Source of the DNA: Squalus acanthias | Taxonomy: Eukaryota | Direction of reading: 5' to 3' | NCBI GenBank assembly: GCA_030390025.1 | Contig: CM059431.1 | Location: forward strand, 109,246,001 to 109,310,000 | DNA: 64,000 nt | Shown here: piece after piece, positions 50,886-63,857 of the stretch | Layout of the letters: every line of letters starts with the position of its first letter | How positions within the stretch are numbered: the stretch's first letter is position 1 | Program-made: the position numbers and the translations under genes | Notes under the pieces: generated by a model | Database searches by the model: none | Told to the model about the DNA's origin: nothing | Seen by the model: the letters and a program-made list of their open reading frames with translations, nothing else

Positions 50886-51054
50886 TAACCGCTCTCCCTC
50901 CTTGGTGAAGAAAAAATTGAAAGTTCTCTTCTTAAATATTATTCTCGAATTATTTAATATGGTAGCTTATGTAGGAAGCCACTGTTGGTTCAATGGAGAT
51001 TTAGGCTTGGTGCAATGAACAGCTTGCTCCCAAAACTGCACTGCAACACTGCTA

Positions 51055-51223
51055 CTTCAAGACGCTGCTTGAAACCTACCTCTTCGACCGAGCTTTTGGT
51101 CACTTGTCCTAATATCTCCTATGTAGCTCGGTGTCAAATTTTTGTTTGGCAATTGCTCCTGTGAAGCGCCTTGGGACGTTTTACTGCCTTAAAGGCGCTA
51201 TATAAATGCAAGCTGTTGTTGTT
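51055..51223 (+). mobile_element. L2 LINE 3' end
   Basis: TTGAAACCTACCTCTTCGACCGAGCTTTTGGTCAC..GTGAAGCGCCTTGGGACG..AAAGGCGCTATATAAATGCAAG(TTG)n. Confidence 0.85.
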
Positions 51224-52140
51224 GGCACCAGGCACAGTTCACACACGACAATGAATATTATATCACCTGCAGCACAGATATTTGCAGTGTGGATTCAGGG
51301 TTATTCTCTTTACTTTTAAGGTCAGATTTTTTTTTGAGCAAGTCTGAATTTGGATCAAGATGCGAAGACACCACCACTCATGTCATTACTAACCTGGCAG
51401 ACAGCTAGAGAGTCCAGCAGATGAGCGAGCCCCTTTGCTGGTTTTAGCATTCTGGCGTGCATCTTTTCCTCTGGTCACTAATATGAGAATGTCAGTGTGA
51501 GCAGAAAACAGGTTCTCCCATTTTATACTTGCACCTACTTCTTCACTCCCTTTAGTGACTGGAGGAAAATATACCCATCTTTCTGTTACTTTCCTTTTAG
51601 CACAAAGTGAATAATGAAACAGCATCACTGAAATGTTCTGGATTCCACTCTCAATAACAGTGATCATCACTCACGCAAGACTCCTCGACTAACCCACACA
51701 CTCACAGCTTGCGCTTAACATGTATGAAAATAAAATAACCCACTTTAAGAAAAAGTGTCAAATCACCTTTCAATCATAACCCCTCCATCCTATCAGAGAG
51801 CAGAGATGCCTGGACTTAGCAAAACACTTTAAAGTGAGATTTCAGAAGTGGTGCAAAACACTGCAGAATTCTTAGGAGAGGCCACGACATAAGACTACCT
51901 ACAATTCCGTACTAATTAGGATTATTTGATTTGAACTCAAAGAGGCTTCCTACACAGCTAATCTATAAATGGAAATATTTCATTGATGAAGTCGGTGGGG
52001 GGTTGGGATTAAAGCACCTGGGGTGGGGGGGGGGGGGGGGGAGATTTCTTTGTGTGGTATATGTAACAAAATCATAAGCCAATTTATGAAGAACTGGTTT
52101 ACAATTTTGCTAGCACAGCACAAAGAGGAAATGTTCCTTT

Positions 52141-52323
52141 GTTATCAATGGTCCCTCATCATCAATGTTGGCTCGTTATCAATGTTGGCTCATTATCAAT
52201 GTTGCCTCGTTATCAATGATCCCTCGTTATTAATGATCCCACGTTATCAATGTTCCCTCGTTATTAATGATCCCACGTTATCAATGTTCCCTCGTTATCA
52301 ATGCTGCCTCGTTATCAATGTTG
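52141..52323. repeat. 17-bp tandem minisatellite, consensus GTTATCAATGTTCCCTC, ~11 units
   Basis: Directly visible. Confidence 0.9.
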
Positions 52324-53274
52324 AATAGAGAGAGCTTTATTCTGCATTTAACCTATACTATATCTGACCTGAGATTGCTCAAAGCTAACAATGGTCGCAA
52401 AAAGTGTCCATTCCTCAAACTTTATAGCCCCCTTGTTAATGAGTGCTAAATTCAAAACAAAAAGAAAAAAAATACTTTACTATAACATGTTATTCATTTT
52501 AATTTCAGAACCGAGTGATTGTCTCAGGTACAATTTTCCAATGTGTAGGTATGAAGTACAGATCTGTTAAATTTCCTTCATTCCAAAGACATTCCCAGTT
52601 CCACTGCAGACATTGCGATGGGTACTGCAAGCTTCATCCACTCCCACCATTGACATCAACCCGGGTTCCTGCTAATCACAGAGCCAAAAGCAACATGGAC
52701 AGAATAAAAGGTGCATAAACCATTGTGAACTGCCATTCTGTCGTGGAAGCTTAAATGGGAGACATGCAACTTTGCCTGTAACTTGAACGGGAGACAAGCA
52801 AATTTGCCTGTAGGTTGTAAATTGTAAATCAACATCGCCACGAAAGTCTCTCGTAATTAGAATTCCATTCACAATTGGAACGATTACAAATAACAATACA
52901 TTTTAATTTCCATTTTTTCTTATTTATTCTCTTCCACTGATTTCTTACTTTTAATTGTTTGCCGAGTTGTATGCATGTTAATAATCTCTATTTCTTAGAT
53001 AGTGTCCACTTGTCAATGATTGCATTGTCACGTGCTGCCCTGAGGTTGCACCAGAACGCTGCATGGCAAATTTCCTCTGCTGTGCCCCCTGTGGACTCCC
53101 ATGCTGCCTCGTGATGAAATGGCAATGTAAATACGTCAAAACCTCAGCTAACTTCCCTGATGGGGCTGTCAATGTAATTTTTATTTCCCTGCTTTAATGT
53201 AATGTGCTTTGAGACATCTTCCTACACAAGGAGCTAAGAAACCAGGGAGACGGATTAGGAGGACATGACATCGG

Positions 53275-54660
53275 AAGATGAGATTAGAAATGATATAACT
53301 GCATTGAAAATAAAAAGAGGAGAAATATTAAATAAACACAGGATAAAAACCCTGGTCCGGATAGATTGCATCCGTGCATTTTAAAAGAATCTAGGGAAGA
53401 GACAGCAGAGGAATTATTACACATACTCAATAATTTGCTCGAAAAATGTCTAGTGCCAGAGGATTGGTGGATAGCTAACGTTATATCTATATTCAGAGTG
53501 GCAGAAGGTGGGAAGTGGTGACCCACAAGGATCAGTGCTGGGACCACTGTTGTTTACAATTGGTATTAACGATTTAGACTTTGGAATCAAAAACACAATT
53601 TCTAAATTTGCGGACAGCACCAAATTGGGACGGATAGTCAACATTGAGGGGGACTACAACAAATTACAAGATGACATTAATAAACTTGAAGAATGGGCAT
53701 ATAATTGTCAAATTAATTTCAACATAGATAAGTGTGAGGCATTACATTTTGGTAGGAAAAATAAGGCAGTCAAATATTACTTGGAAAATAAGAATCTAAA
53801 TGGGATAGAGGAGCAAAGAGAGTACAAATACACAAATCACTAAAAGAAGCGACGCACTTTTAAAGCCATTAAAAAAAGCAAACCAAGCACTAGGTTTATT
53901 TCTAGAGGGGATAGAATTAAAAGGTAGAGAAGTTAGAATCATAGAATGGTTATAGCACAGAAGGAGGCCATTCGACCTGTCGAGCCTGTGCCGGCTCTCT
54001 GCAAGAGTACTTCAGCAAGTCCCACACACCCGCCCTTTCCCCGTAGCCCTGCAAATTTTTTTCCTGCAGTTATGCTAAACTTGTATCGAACCTTGGTTAG
54101 ACCACACTTGGAGTACTATGTACAGTTCTGGTCGCCATATTATAAAAAGGATATGAAGGCACTGGAGAGGGTTCAAAAATGATTTACAAGGATGATACCA
54201 GAAATGCAAAGTTATACCAATCAGGAAAGGATGAACAGATCGGGTCTCTTTTCTCTTGAAAAGAGAATGCTGAGGGGTGACCAAGTAGAGATCTTTAAAG
54301 TTATGAGAGGTTTTGATAGAGTGGATACAGAGAGAGTGTTTCCACTTGTTGGGAAAAGCAAAACTAGAGGCCATCAATATAAGATAGTCACCAAGAAATC
54401 TAATAGGGAATTCAGAAGAAAATTGTTTACCCAGAGAGTGGTGAGATTGTGGAACTCGCTACCACAGGGAGTAGTTGAAGTGAATAGCATAGATGAATTT
54501 AAGGGAAAGCTCGATAAGCATATGAGGGAGAAGGGAATAGAGGGTTATGCTGATAAAGTGAAATGAGGAAGGATGGTAGGAGGCTTGAGTGGAGCATAAG
54601 CGCCGGCATGGACTGGTTGGGCCTGAATGGCCTATTTCTGTGCTGTATATTCTATGTAAA
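53275..54660 (+). mobile_element. CR1 LINE ORF2 RT plus 3' end, decayed and internally deleted
   Basis: PGPDRLHPCILKE; SGDPQGSVLGPLLFTIGINDLD...KFADSTKLG (RT core); [34 protein letters not shown]1 tail. Confidence 0.92.
53936..54067 (-). mobile_element. CR1 3' terminal fragment inserted antisense into the older CR1
   Basis: Homologous to 57783-57910. Flanked by AGTTA direct repeats (53931-53935, 54068-54072). Confidence 0.8.
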
Positions 54661-54689
54661 ACAAATTATTATTAGAATTTTTTAAAATT

Positions 54690-54948
54690 ATTTATTCACA
54701 GGATGTGGGCATCACCGATAAGGCCAGCATTTCTTGCCCATCCCTAATTGCCCTCAAGAAGGTGATGGTGCGCTGCCTCCTTGAATACAACTGAGTGGCT
54801 TGCTAGACCATGTTAGAGGGCAGTTAGGAGTCAACCACATTGCTGTGGGTTTGGAGTCACATATAGACTGGGTAAGGACGGCAGATTTCCTTCCCTAAAG
54901 GACATTAGTGAACCAGATGGGTTATTCCGACAATCCGGTAGTTTCATG
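54690..54948 (-). mobile_element. Second tRNA-SINE family, 3' part, truncated by a Harbinger element
   Basis: Colinear with 8060-8328. Confidence 0.8.
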
Positions 54949-56014
54949 GGGCTGAGTATTGCAGGCGCTCAGAGGGCGGGTTCGGAGGCGGGTCCACTGT
55001 CAAAATCAAAATGATTGACAGCAGGTTGGGAACCCGCTCTGAACCCGCCTCCATGTAAGTTTCCAAAGTGTTGGGTCTGCGATTTCAGAACAGACCTGAC
55101 ACCAAGCGGCGGGGGTGGCATTTAAGATAGCTAAATGTTTGTTAAACGCTTGTTAACTACTATTTTGCCAGCCTATTTATATTTTGCCACTTTTTTAGCG
55201 AGGTTCACATCGTTCGGAGATCTCGTCAGGTAAGTAGGTCGGGTTCTCTATGTCTCCCCTTTGCTGTGAATAGGTGACAGCTGCAAAAGTGGTATGAAAG
55301 CTACCATTTCACAGCTGTTCACTTTCCAATGTCAGAAGCTTGAGCCTTCAGGACTTGGAAGACACTTTTGAGCTTTACGCAGTTTGGAAGTGTTTGGAGT
55401 AAACTCTCTATCCACTGTCACCTCCTTGAAGCAAGCTCTCTCACCATTGACGGATCGCTTCTGTCATCTCAACTTCAGCTGCCATCTATTCCAGCAACAT
55501 CGGTGCCCTTGAAAATATCTCACCTTGGTCCTCTGAATCCCTCCACAATCAGCCCCAACACCAACATCACCAGGCACACCAACATCAGCAACAACAACAC
55601 CAACCTTCTCCGCAATCACCTGATGTTGCACAGGACACAAGGCATCAGCATCCGACAACATTGCTGCCCGGGAGGCCAGCGATGGCATCACCATGGCCAG
55701 ATTTACTTCACTTGACGCTGTAAATCATGGCTGCCACAAGATGTGCCCTTTAATTATCGCCGCCCCAGCCGCAAGAACGCCCCCCTGGCCCTGTTGGACA
55801 TAGCGTCCGGCGGTACGTCGGGGGCGCGGCCCAAGTTTGCGGCCGGGACGCAAGCAGGACGTTGTGCACGGCGATGACGTCATCGCCCGAGGTGCAGCAC
55901 CGCGGGGCGCTACCGGCTACTGCCGCCACTAACCCCCCGCTGAATTTCGCGGGAGGCGTTAGCGGCGCCACGCCCGGGCGCTAACAGGAGGCGCAAAGCA
56001 ACTGAATTTTGCCC
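54949..56014. mobile_element. Composite Harbinger remnant: left end of the 1355-3125 family joined to a CpG-rich right end of another family
   Basis: 54949-55745 is colinear with 1355-2130. 55750-56014 is very CpG-rich and ends CTGAATTTTGCCCC. Confidence 0.7.
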
Positions 56015-56366
56015 CTCTGGAATCTCATATAGTAAAATACAGAATGTAACTTAATTGTCACTGTGAAGCAACGGGTCTGCATTCAGTGTTCTTTTAGAGT
56101 TGTCAGGTTTTTTTCCCCCAAGTTGTCGGTATTTTTGGGCCTGGGTCAGCTTTTATGAAACTTCTGCAGATTTTTTAGGTTGGAGCGTCTGCAGCTGATG
56201 ACATCACTGGGAGACACTGCTGTCAAGGAATCACTGAACCTGACAATGTGGAGGAGTTGAACGAGCTCGCATGCACAGTTGAAACTGTGTGATCATGGCA
56301 ATGTCCCATTGTAATGATTATGTATTTCAGGCTCCCAATCAATCAGTCAGCTTCAGTAACTCCGAA

Positions 56367-56529
56367 CAACGTCCCTGCTAAGCTGTGGGGCCGCGCAGCG
56401 GTCTGGAGGTTCCATGCATGCCGCTCACTGGCTTTTACGTGGAAGAAACCGCGCACGCGTTAAAATTTGATGGGCCGTGAAGCCAGTTAAAGAGACCGCG
56501 CACGAAAAGAAAAAATAGGGGGAACATTG
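56367..56529 (+). mobile_element. hAT MITE family A
   Basis: Ends CAACGTCCC and GGGAACATTG, with a degenerate TSD ACTCCGAA/ACTCCAAC. Colinear with 59820-59979. Confidence 0.8.
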
Positions 56530-57782
56530 ACTCCAACCCCAATGCTATTGGCACTTTTTTTAAAAAATTGGGGAAATTTCCTCTGCTTTCGTCGTGTAAG
56601 CAACATCATAAATATAGTGCAAATTTTCTAGCTTCACGATTTCTGACTTCTCATTTATGTATTTTGTTTGAAATAGTAGTCTGAGGAAATCTCCTCCCAC
56701 CACCGCAACATTCTCTCTCCACAAAAAAAATTTATACCGTTGATCAAAAGCCTACATAGCAATAATAATTCTTTGCAGGTGTTCGATTTTCAAAAAGGTT
56801 TTCTGATGGTGAGACTTACTTTTCAGCACCATGAAAAGGCCACCCTCATTATGCCTGCAGCTTGTAAAACTTAACTACAGAGATTAAACTCAATTTTTGA
56901 AAAGCTTGCAAGAAAAATAAAATATGCATCACTTGAAGTGTGTTCAAAGGTGTGCGACTTTGATTTCTAATCATTTTACGTGCAACAAAACAGTCGCTTC
57001 AAAACCCATCAAAAATGTTTGACACATTGCTCAGTCCACTCGGTTATGGTGACCCTGGGGTACGTTTTCATTTGTGTGTAAAGGCAAAGAATTTGTTTTC
57101 AACTGAACTGCCATTTTAAGTTAATAATAGTTTAACCAAATAATTCTTTTACCTTTACATGCAGAGTGAAATATCCTATTCCTCCCCCCTTCTCAAGTTG
57201 TATGTTATCTAGTGTGATTACCAAAAAGTCAGGCAGCCGAAATGGCACCATTCGCTGAATTTTCAGTCGCAAACAAATTAACGCAAACGATTGCTTTGAT
57301 TTGCTGAGACAGCTAGCATTAAGTGCGCTGCCAGCCCACATTGGCAAATCATTGTGCTCAACTTTGTAATGTTACCTTTTTCCTGCAAGTATAGCAATCA
57401 AAATGGCCTGTTGAGGGACGTCTGTGTAGCAGTCACATTATTAAAACAAGAACGTGTTTCTATAAATATATATTTTGAACATCTGTAATACTTTTCCTTA
57501 TCTATTTTCATTGCTGGGGAATAACTTAAGTGTATAGACCACACAGGAATTGTCATTACCGTTGTTCCATGCTGCTGCTTAACACACTTTTTCGATTTTA
57601 ATTATTAAAGAACGCATTTGGGGTAAAATGAAAGGTTTTCCATTGAGATAAAAGGAAACCTTTCAATAGTACTGGAAGTGTGTTTAACGAATAACCACCT
57701 ATTATATTAGTGTAGGCATGATGGTCCTTGGGATGCCCTAAAGCTGGAAGCAGTGCACTACAAATGAACTGACTGCTTCATA

Positions 57783-58260
57783 TAGAATCACAGAATCATA
57801 GAATGGTTACAGCACGGAGGAAGGCCATTCGGCCCGTCGAGCCCGTGCCGGCTCTCAGCTATTCCCACACCCCCGCCCTTTCCCCGTAGCCCTGCAAATT
57901 TTTTTCCTTCAGGTACTTATCCAACTCCCTTTTGAAAGATAAGACTGAGTCTGCCTCCACCACCCTCTCAGGCAGTGCGTTCCAGATCTTAACCACTCGC
58001 TGCGTAATAAAGTTTTTCCTCATGTCGCCTTTGGTTCTTTTGCCAATCACCTTCAATCTGTGTCCTCTGGTTCTCGACCCATCTGCCAATGGGAACAGTT
58101 TCTCTCTATCTACCCTGTCCAGAACCCTCTTATCTTGATTTTGAACACCTCTATCAAATCTCCTCTCAATCTTCTCTCCTCCAAGGAGAACAACCCCAGC
58201 TTCTCCAGTCTATCCACGTAACTGTAGTCCCTCATTCCTGGAATCATTCTCGTAAATCTC
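57783..58260 (-). mobile_element. CR1 LINE 3' fragment
   Basis: GSRTRGHRLKVIGKRTKGDMRKNFITQRVVKIWNALPERVVEADS, with an (ATTCTRTG)n tail. Confidence 0.9.
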
Positions 58261-59087
58261 TCGCACAGACACCTCTAAGATAAATAAAACCTTCTTCAGA
58301 ATGTGAGGGAATCTAACTGAACCTTCATCTCTGCCGATATCTGCTCTTCATACATGTTTCAAACTAGAAAAAGGCTTTTCGCTTTAATCATTCATATTCC
58401 TAATTATTTTTGTTAGCTAGCAAGATAAATACTTTATGAAACCATGAACAAGCCTCTGGCACAGAAAAAAACTCCCACTCACTGAAGAAATCTGGCCAAT
58501 GTATTTTGTGTAGCTTTTAAGTGGCTCTATGGTTAAATGCAATACCTCAGAACAGACTGCAATACATTGAAGTGCGGAAAGCTTTTTTGCTCAGCAGAAA
58601 GAGCTGATGAGACAGGTTTAGTTTAATCTCAGGCAATAGAAGTCATTAACCATTCTCTTAGGGATTAAAATATAGCTTGCCCTTTTCTTCTTTCAGTTAT
58701 CATTAGCATCACTTTAATCTCACAGCATTTCACATTGCTATTTTAATCAGTACTTACTGCCTTTTGAACAATTGCAAAAAAAATGCTTTTTTGCCCGGAT
58801 CTTAAAGGGAAACTATCCATTTTAAGTCTGATTTCCCTGGATAAGAATTTTTTTGTTTAAGTCAATTTTTTTTTTAAGAACAATCTCAAGTTTGGTTTGA
58901 GTGTAATTTCAACTGCGTTTTTGAGAACTCTGCTGGAGGTAGGTCAGTGCTTCCTCGAAAAAACATTCTTCTCAAAGATTTGGTAAAGGAATCCCTGGAA
59001 CTCTCAAACTTGCATTTTTCCACGGTTTGCCACTGTGAAATTTCTACATACTGCGCAAGAATGTTGATGGATGTATAAATTTGTAGT

Positions 59088-59585
59088 TTTTTTTTATTCG
59101 TTTGTGGGATGTGGGCGTCGCTGGCAAGGCCAGCATTTATTGCCCATCCCTAATTGCCCTCGAGAAGGTGGTGATGAGCCGCCTTCTTGAACCGTTGCAG
59201 TCCGTGTGGGAGGGAGTTCCAGGATTTTGACCCAGCGACGATGAAGGATTGGTGATATACTTCTAAGTCAGGATGGTGTGTGACTTGGAGGGGAACTTGG
59301 AGGTGGTGGTGTTCCCATGCGCCTGCTGCCCTTGTCCCTCTAGGTGGTAGAGGTCGCGGGTTTGGGAGGTGCTGCCGAAGGAGCCTTGGCGAGTTGCTGC
59401 AGTGCATCTTGTAGATGGTACACACTGCAGCCACGGTGCGCCGGTGGTGGAGGGAGTGAATGTTTAAGCTGGTGGATGGGGTGCCAATCAAGCGGGCTGC
59501 TTTGTCCTGGATGGTGTCGAGCTTCTTGAGTGTTGTTGGAGCTGCACTCATCCAGGCTAGTGGAGAGTATTCCATCACACTCCTG
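59088..59585 (-). mobile_element. LINE (CR1/L2/Jockey group) ORF2 C-terminus and 3' UTR with poly-A
   Basis: MEYSPLAWMSAAPTTLKKLDTIQDKAARLIG...LHHRRTVAAVCTIYK...SWNSLP, a post-RT thumb region. Its 3' end is shared with the SINE at 8055. Confidence 0.85.
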
Positions 59586-59819
59586 TGCCAGTGACAGCAT
59601 TTGCTGTGCTGACTGTGTGTTTGAAGCTAAGGTACATTTTAAGACTTCTTGCAAATCTTCGCCCTGTTCCCTGCAGGTGCCAGGATCAGTTCTGCTCCAT
59701 ACGAAGCTCACACTTTGCAAAGCGCTGTACTGAGTCACTGGCTATCAGCCAGTCACTTGCACTTTGAGGTAATTATGTATTTGAAGCCCCAGGTCTCTCT
59801 ATTCATCTACACCCTTCAG

Positions 59820-59979
59820 CAACCTTCCCGCTAAGCTGCGCGGCCGCGCTGCGGTCTGGAGATCCGCGCAGGCTGCTCACCGGCTTTTAAATGGGAAAAG
59901 CCGCGCATGCTCGAAAATTTGAATGGGCCGCGCAGCCACTTAAGGGACCGCGCACGAAAAAAAATTAGAGGGAACATAG
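59820..59979 (+). mobile_element. hAT MITE family A, CpG-rich
   Basis: Ends CAACCTTCCC and GGGAACATAG, with a perfect 8-bp TSD CCCTTCAG (59812-59819, 59980-59987). Confidence 0.88.
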
Positions 59980-61107
59980 CCCTTCAGTATCATGCTCAGG
60001 GGCTGTATTTTATGAGCTATTGGCAGTGATTGCACAGCCTAACTATCCTGTTTAAAATTGCTTTGGGGCTGCACACTCAAAAAGAGAACAATATCTGAAG
60101 TCAGATATGATTACACTGCTCTTTTGAACAGCTTTCTTTAAAAGGAGACAGGCAAATAACTACGTATATTAGGCATACATACACATAAACATTGCATGCA
60201 ATCAATTTTTCCACAGACATCGTGGCTGAGTTTCAGTTGCTATAATACAGTTTTATCTGCTCCAAACTTTGTGTTTACCAGACAAATTGCCGAACGAGTT
60301 AGCTCAAGAATTTCAAACTGTGTCAGTGATGGTGGTCTGTGGTCCTGCGAAGAAAAAATGATGGAATTGATTTCGATGTGTAATTTGAAATTGCTTATTG
60401 CCCACCAGAGTTAAGGTAACTGATGCGTTGTTGCTGAGGATCAGCTGTTGCTCAGATGCCAGCACTTACCACGACCTCTGGCTTTTATTTAAATACAAAA
60501 TCGCCATACTCTGAAAGTAAATCATCGCTACACAAGGTAAATATAGAAATATATAGGAGGTGACATGAGATGTCATGACATGCCAAATCAGTTGCCCTAA
60601 CCATTGTCCCCGTGTAGACAACAGCGGCTTGTATTGGCTAACTCAGAGATAGAAGCGTCCATTGTTTCAGTTCATCTCCCCTCCTCCCCCCAATTAAAAA
60701 AGTCAGAGAGAATCACAGTGCTCCAAATTCCAAAGGAGACAGGGCACCAGCCGAACATGGTGCCTAATTCCAGAGCTATCCGCACGAATACTATCGGTCT
60801 CACTTATTCAGGGATGTCAAACTTTCACATACTTACTGAACACTTTTGACTGTTACTCTATCTGAAAAGATGTTTAAAAAAATAATAAACCTTTGCTGCT
60901 CACAATCTCGGAGGGAAACCTGGGATTGATCCTGGACCTGTAACTGAAAAACATTCCTCCAGCCCAGTGAGATTTTTTATTCTGCTTTGTTTGAAAGGGA
61001 CTCCCAAGTTTCTTTTTATCCTTTACTTTACTTCCAGTCTCCGTACCATTCATGGATGAGAGGGTGTGCAAGCAGGCAGGCAGGCCTCAACTCTCAGTTG
61101 TATATCA

Positions 61108-61172
61108 CTGACTGTAAAGCACTTTGGGACGTCCTGAGGTTGCTAAATAAATGCAAGTCTTTCTTTCTTTCT
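61108..61172 (+). mobile_element. Isolated DeuSINE 3' tail
   Basis: CTGTAAAGCACTTTGGGACGTCCTGAGGT..ATAAATGCAAGTCTTTCTTTC. Confidence 0.7.
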
Positions 61173-61207
61173 TTCCTGCCATCTTTCTTTCCTTCCTCAC
61201 TTACTAG

Positions 61208-61650
61208 GTATCAGTCATGGCTCACTTGGTAGCACTCTCGCCTCTGAGTCAGAAGGTTGTGGGTTCATAGTCACACTCCAGAGACTTGAGCACATAAATC
61301 TAGGCTGACACTCCCAGTGCAGTGCTGAGGGAGCGATGCACTGTCGGAGGTGCCGTCTTTCAGATGAGACGTTAAACCGAGGCCCCGTCTGCTCTCTCAG
61401 GTGGACGTAACAGATCCCATGGCCACTATTTGAAGAAGAGCAGGGATGTCCTGGCCAATATTTATCCCTCAACCAACACTACTGAAACAGATGATCTGGT
61501 CATTATCACATTTCTGTTTGTGGGATCTCACTGTGTGCAAATTGGTTGCCGCGTACAACAGAAACTACACTTCAAAAGTACTTAATTGGCTGTAAAGCGC
61601 TTTGGGACATCCTGAGGTCGTGAAAGGCGCTATATAAATGCAAGTCTTTC
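61208..61650 (+). mobile_element. DeuSINE, full length
   Basis: Head, Deu domain and tail all present. Confidence 0.9.
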
Positions 61651-63109
61651 GTTCCTGACAGGGGAGTTGGATTTAACCAAGTGTAGAAGGGCAGTTGTGA
61701 AAGGATCTAGCCTCTGCTCTGTACCTACCTGTACCCATCTAGCTAAGGTCAGAAATTCAGCGTGTAAAAAAAAAACAACCCTGGAACTACTTTCTTCAAA
61801 AAGCACTGAATTAGCAGGTCTACTTTAACAATGACTTTAGAGCAGACAGAAGATGCTGTTATTATCATCTGTGTGTCAGTGTAATTTCTGTCCTGACTGT
61901 GTAGAGAATGTATTGATGGCTCAAAAATTAATATTTGATTTTTATTATACTGCTGTACAGAGCTTGATGTAAATGATATGATAATTCAGCTTTTAACACT
62001 AGCAGCCTTTTTGTATGAGCCAGATGGAAAGAATAGATCTTGACAGTGACAAAAAAATTATGAATTTATATATTTTTTTAAACTAGTCACGTGCCTACAG
62101 GGTGATTTACAGATATTTTACCCCTGGTATTAAAGTGGGGGAAGAAAAATTAAAATAGTGGTTTTATGTTCTACAAATTGAATCTTCAATGGCACAATCG
62201 TGTTTATCACACTCTGAAGAACAATCTTTGTAACTCGCTCAAGATTTTGTCACTCTTCAGTTCCACAGTATTCCTCGCTCACAGCATTCAAGTGGTATTT
62301 CACAGTCATCCAGCCAAATAAGTAGGGAATGATGGAAAGCTGGGAGTCGTTACCAGGCTGTAAACTCATCAAAGTGTTCAGATAACACAATGGAGAGGTT
62401 TTTGAGTGTTTTCCAACCACCATCTGAATTCGTGAAATGGCATTAAAGTCCTAAATCATGCCAGGGATGGTGTGTGCATGAGTGCTACAGCCACATCGCA
62501 GTAATGGGGTTAAAGGGATATACATGGATGCTATTTTGAAAACGATAAATATTATTATATGGTATGAATGTCACAAAAGTGTCATTTGTATATTTTGTGC
62601 CTCATATCATTGTGATGTGCCAACAGCAAAAAATGATACCAAGCTTTTCAAGCCCCTTTGTCTCTCCTAAAACAACAGCAATCTCCCTTTAAGCTGTTGT
62701 TGGGATCAGGTTGCCTGCCTACCCTCCTTACGGGACAACCTTTGGAACTCATTCTAGCTTTCTCAAACTCATTCCTCTCACTCGGAGTCAGTGCTACACA
62801 CGGCGCTTCCCTGAAACAAGCCAAGCGTAGGCAGAAGGAAACAAATGGTTTAAAATAACTCCACTCAACAATGAGCCAGTTTCTGTACACGCTGGGGAGC
62901 TTAAGCAACTGAATTTATTTAGTTTATTTTACTATTTGGCAAGGAAATGAGAGTAGAATGGTCCATCGCAAACCCATGAATGGTCTAGGAATAAGTCAGC
63001 TGAGTTTTTGCTTTGCACATTTCCAGGACTGGAGCAGATTCTCAAAAGGTGCCCTACATTTTTCTGTAGCTATTTCTGAAGGTTTTCATACTGTTTTTAG
63101 CAGCCTGAA

Positions 63110-63555
63110 CCACGGCTCAGTGGGTAGCACTGTCGCCTCTGAGTCAGAAGGTTGTAGGTTCATAGTCCCACTCCAGAGACTTAAACACAAAAATCTAGGT
63201 TAACATTCCAGTGCAGTGCTGAGGGAGTGCTGCACTGTCGGATGGTGCCATCTTTCGATTGAGATGTTAAGCTGAGGCCCCATCTCAGGTGGATGTAAAT
63301 AGATCCTATGGCACTATTTTGAAGAAGAGTTCTCCCCAGTGTCCTGGCCAATATTTATCCCTTAATCAACGTCACTAAAACAGATGATCTGGTCATTATC
63401 ACATTGCTGTTTGTGGGAGCTTGCTGTGCGCAGATTGGCTGCCGCGTTTCCTACATTACAACAGTGACTGCACTTCAAAAAGTACTTTGTTGGCTGTAAA
63501 GTGCTTTGGGACGTCCGGTGGTCGTGAAAGGCGCTATAGAAATGCAAATCTTTCT
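63110..63555 (+). mobile_element. DeuSINE, full length
   Basis: Head, Deu domain and tail all present. Confidence 0.9.
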
Positions 63556-63857
63556 TCTTACTTTTTTGGGTGTTAGGGAATTTTTGTGCACTCCAAAATG
63601 CCAACTAAAGGGTGTCGATGTGGAGGAATGGAACACTTTCTTGCTTTTGTCACCCAATGTTGGCATCAATGGCATGATCGGTTAAAGCATGGACAGATAG
63701 AGTAAAACTCTCTCAATCCGCCCCAACTAAATTTACCGCAATTAGAAAATAATATTCAGTAAGTTACTGGAGGGACAAGAAGCAACACATCCAATGATTA
63801 CGAGAATTCAGTGCCATACTGGAGCTTCTGTGAAGTACATCTTTCCAGTAAAGAGGC

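Noticed and set aside
57580..57690. Imperfect inverted repeats (AACACACTT/AAGTGTGTT; TGAAAGGTTTTCC/GGAAACCTTTCA)
   Set aside because: Short and asymmetric; cannot be separated from chance or a very old MITE remnant.
60470..60510. 41-bp minus-strand micro-exon candidate (TTTACTTTCAG ... GTAAGT)
   Set aside because: Good splice signals, but the one open frame (SMAILYLNKSQRS) is unrecognisable and such matches occur by chance. RNA-seq would be needed.
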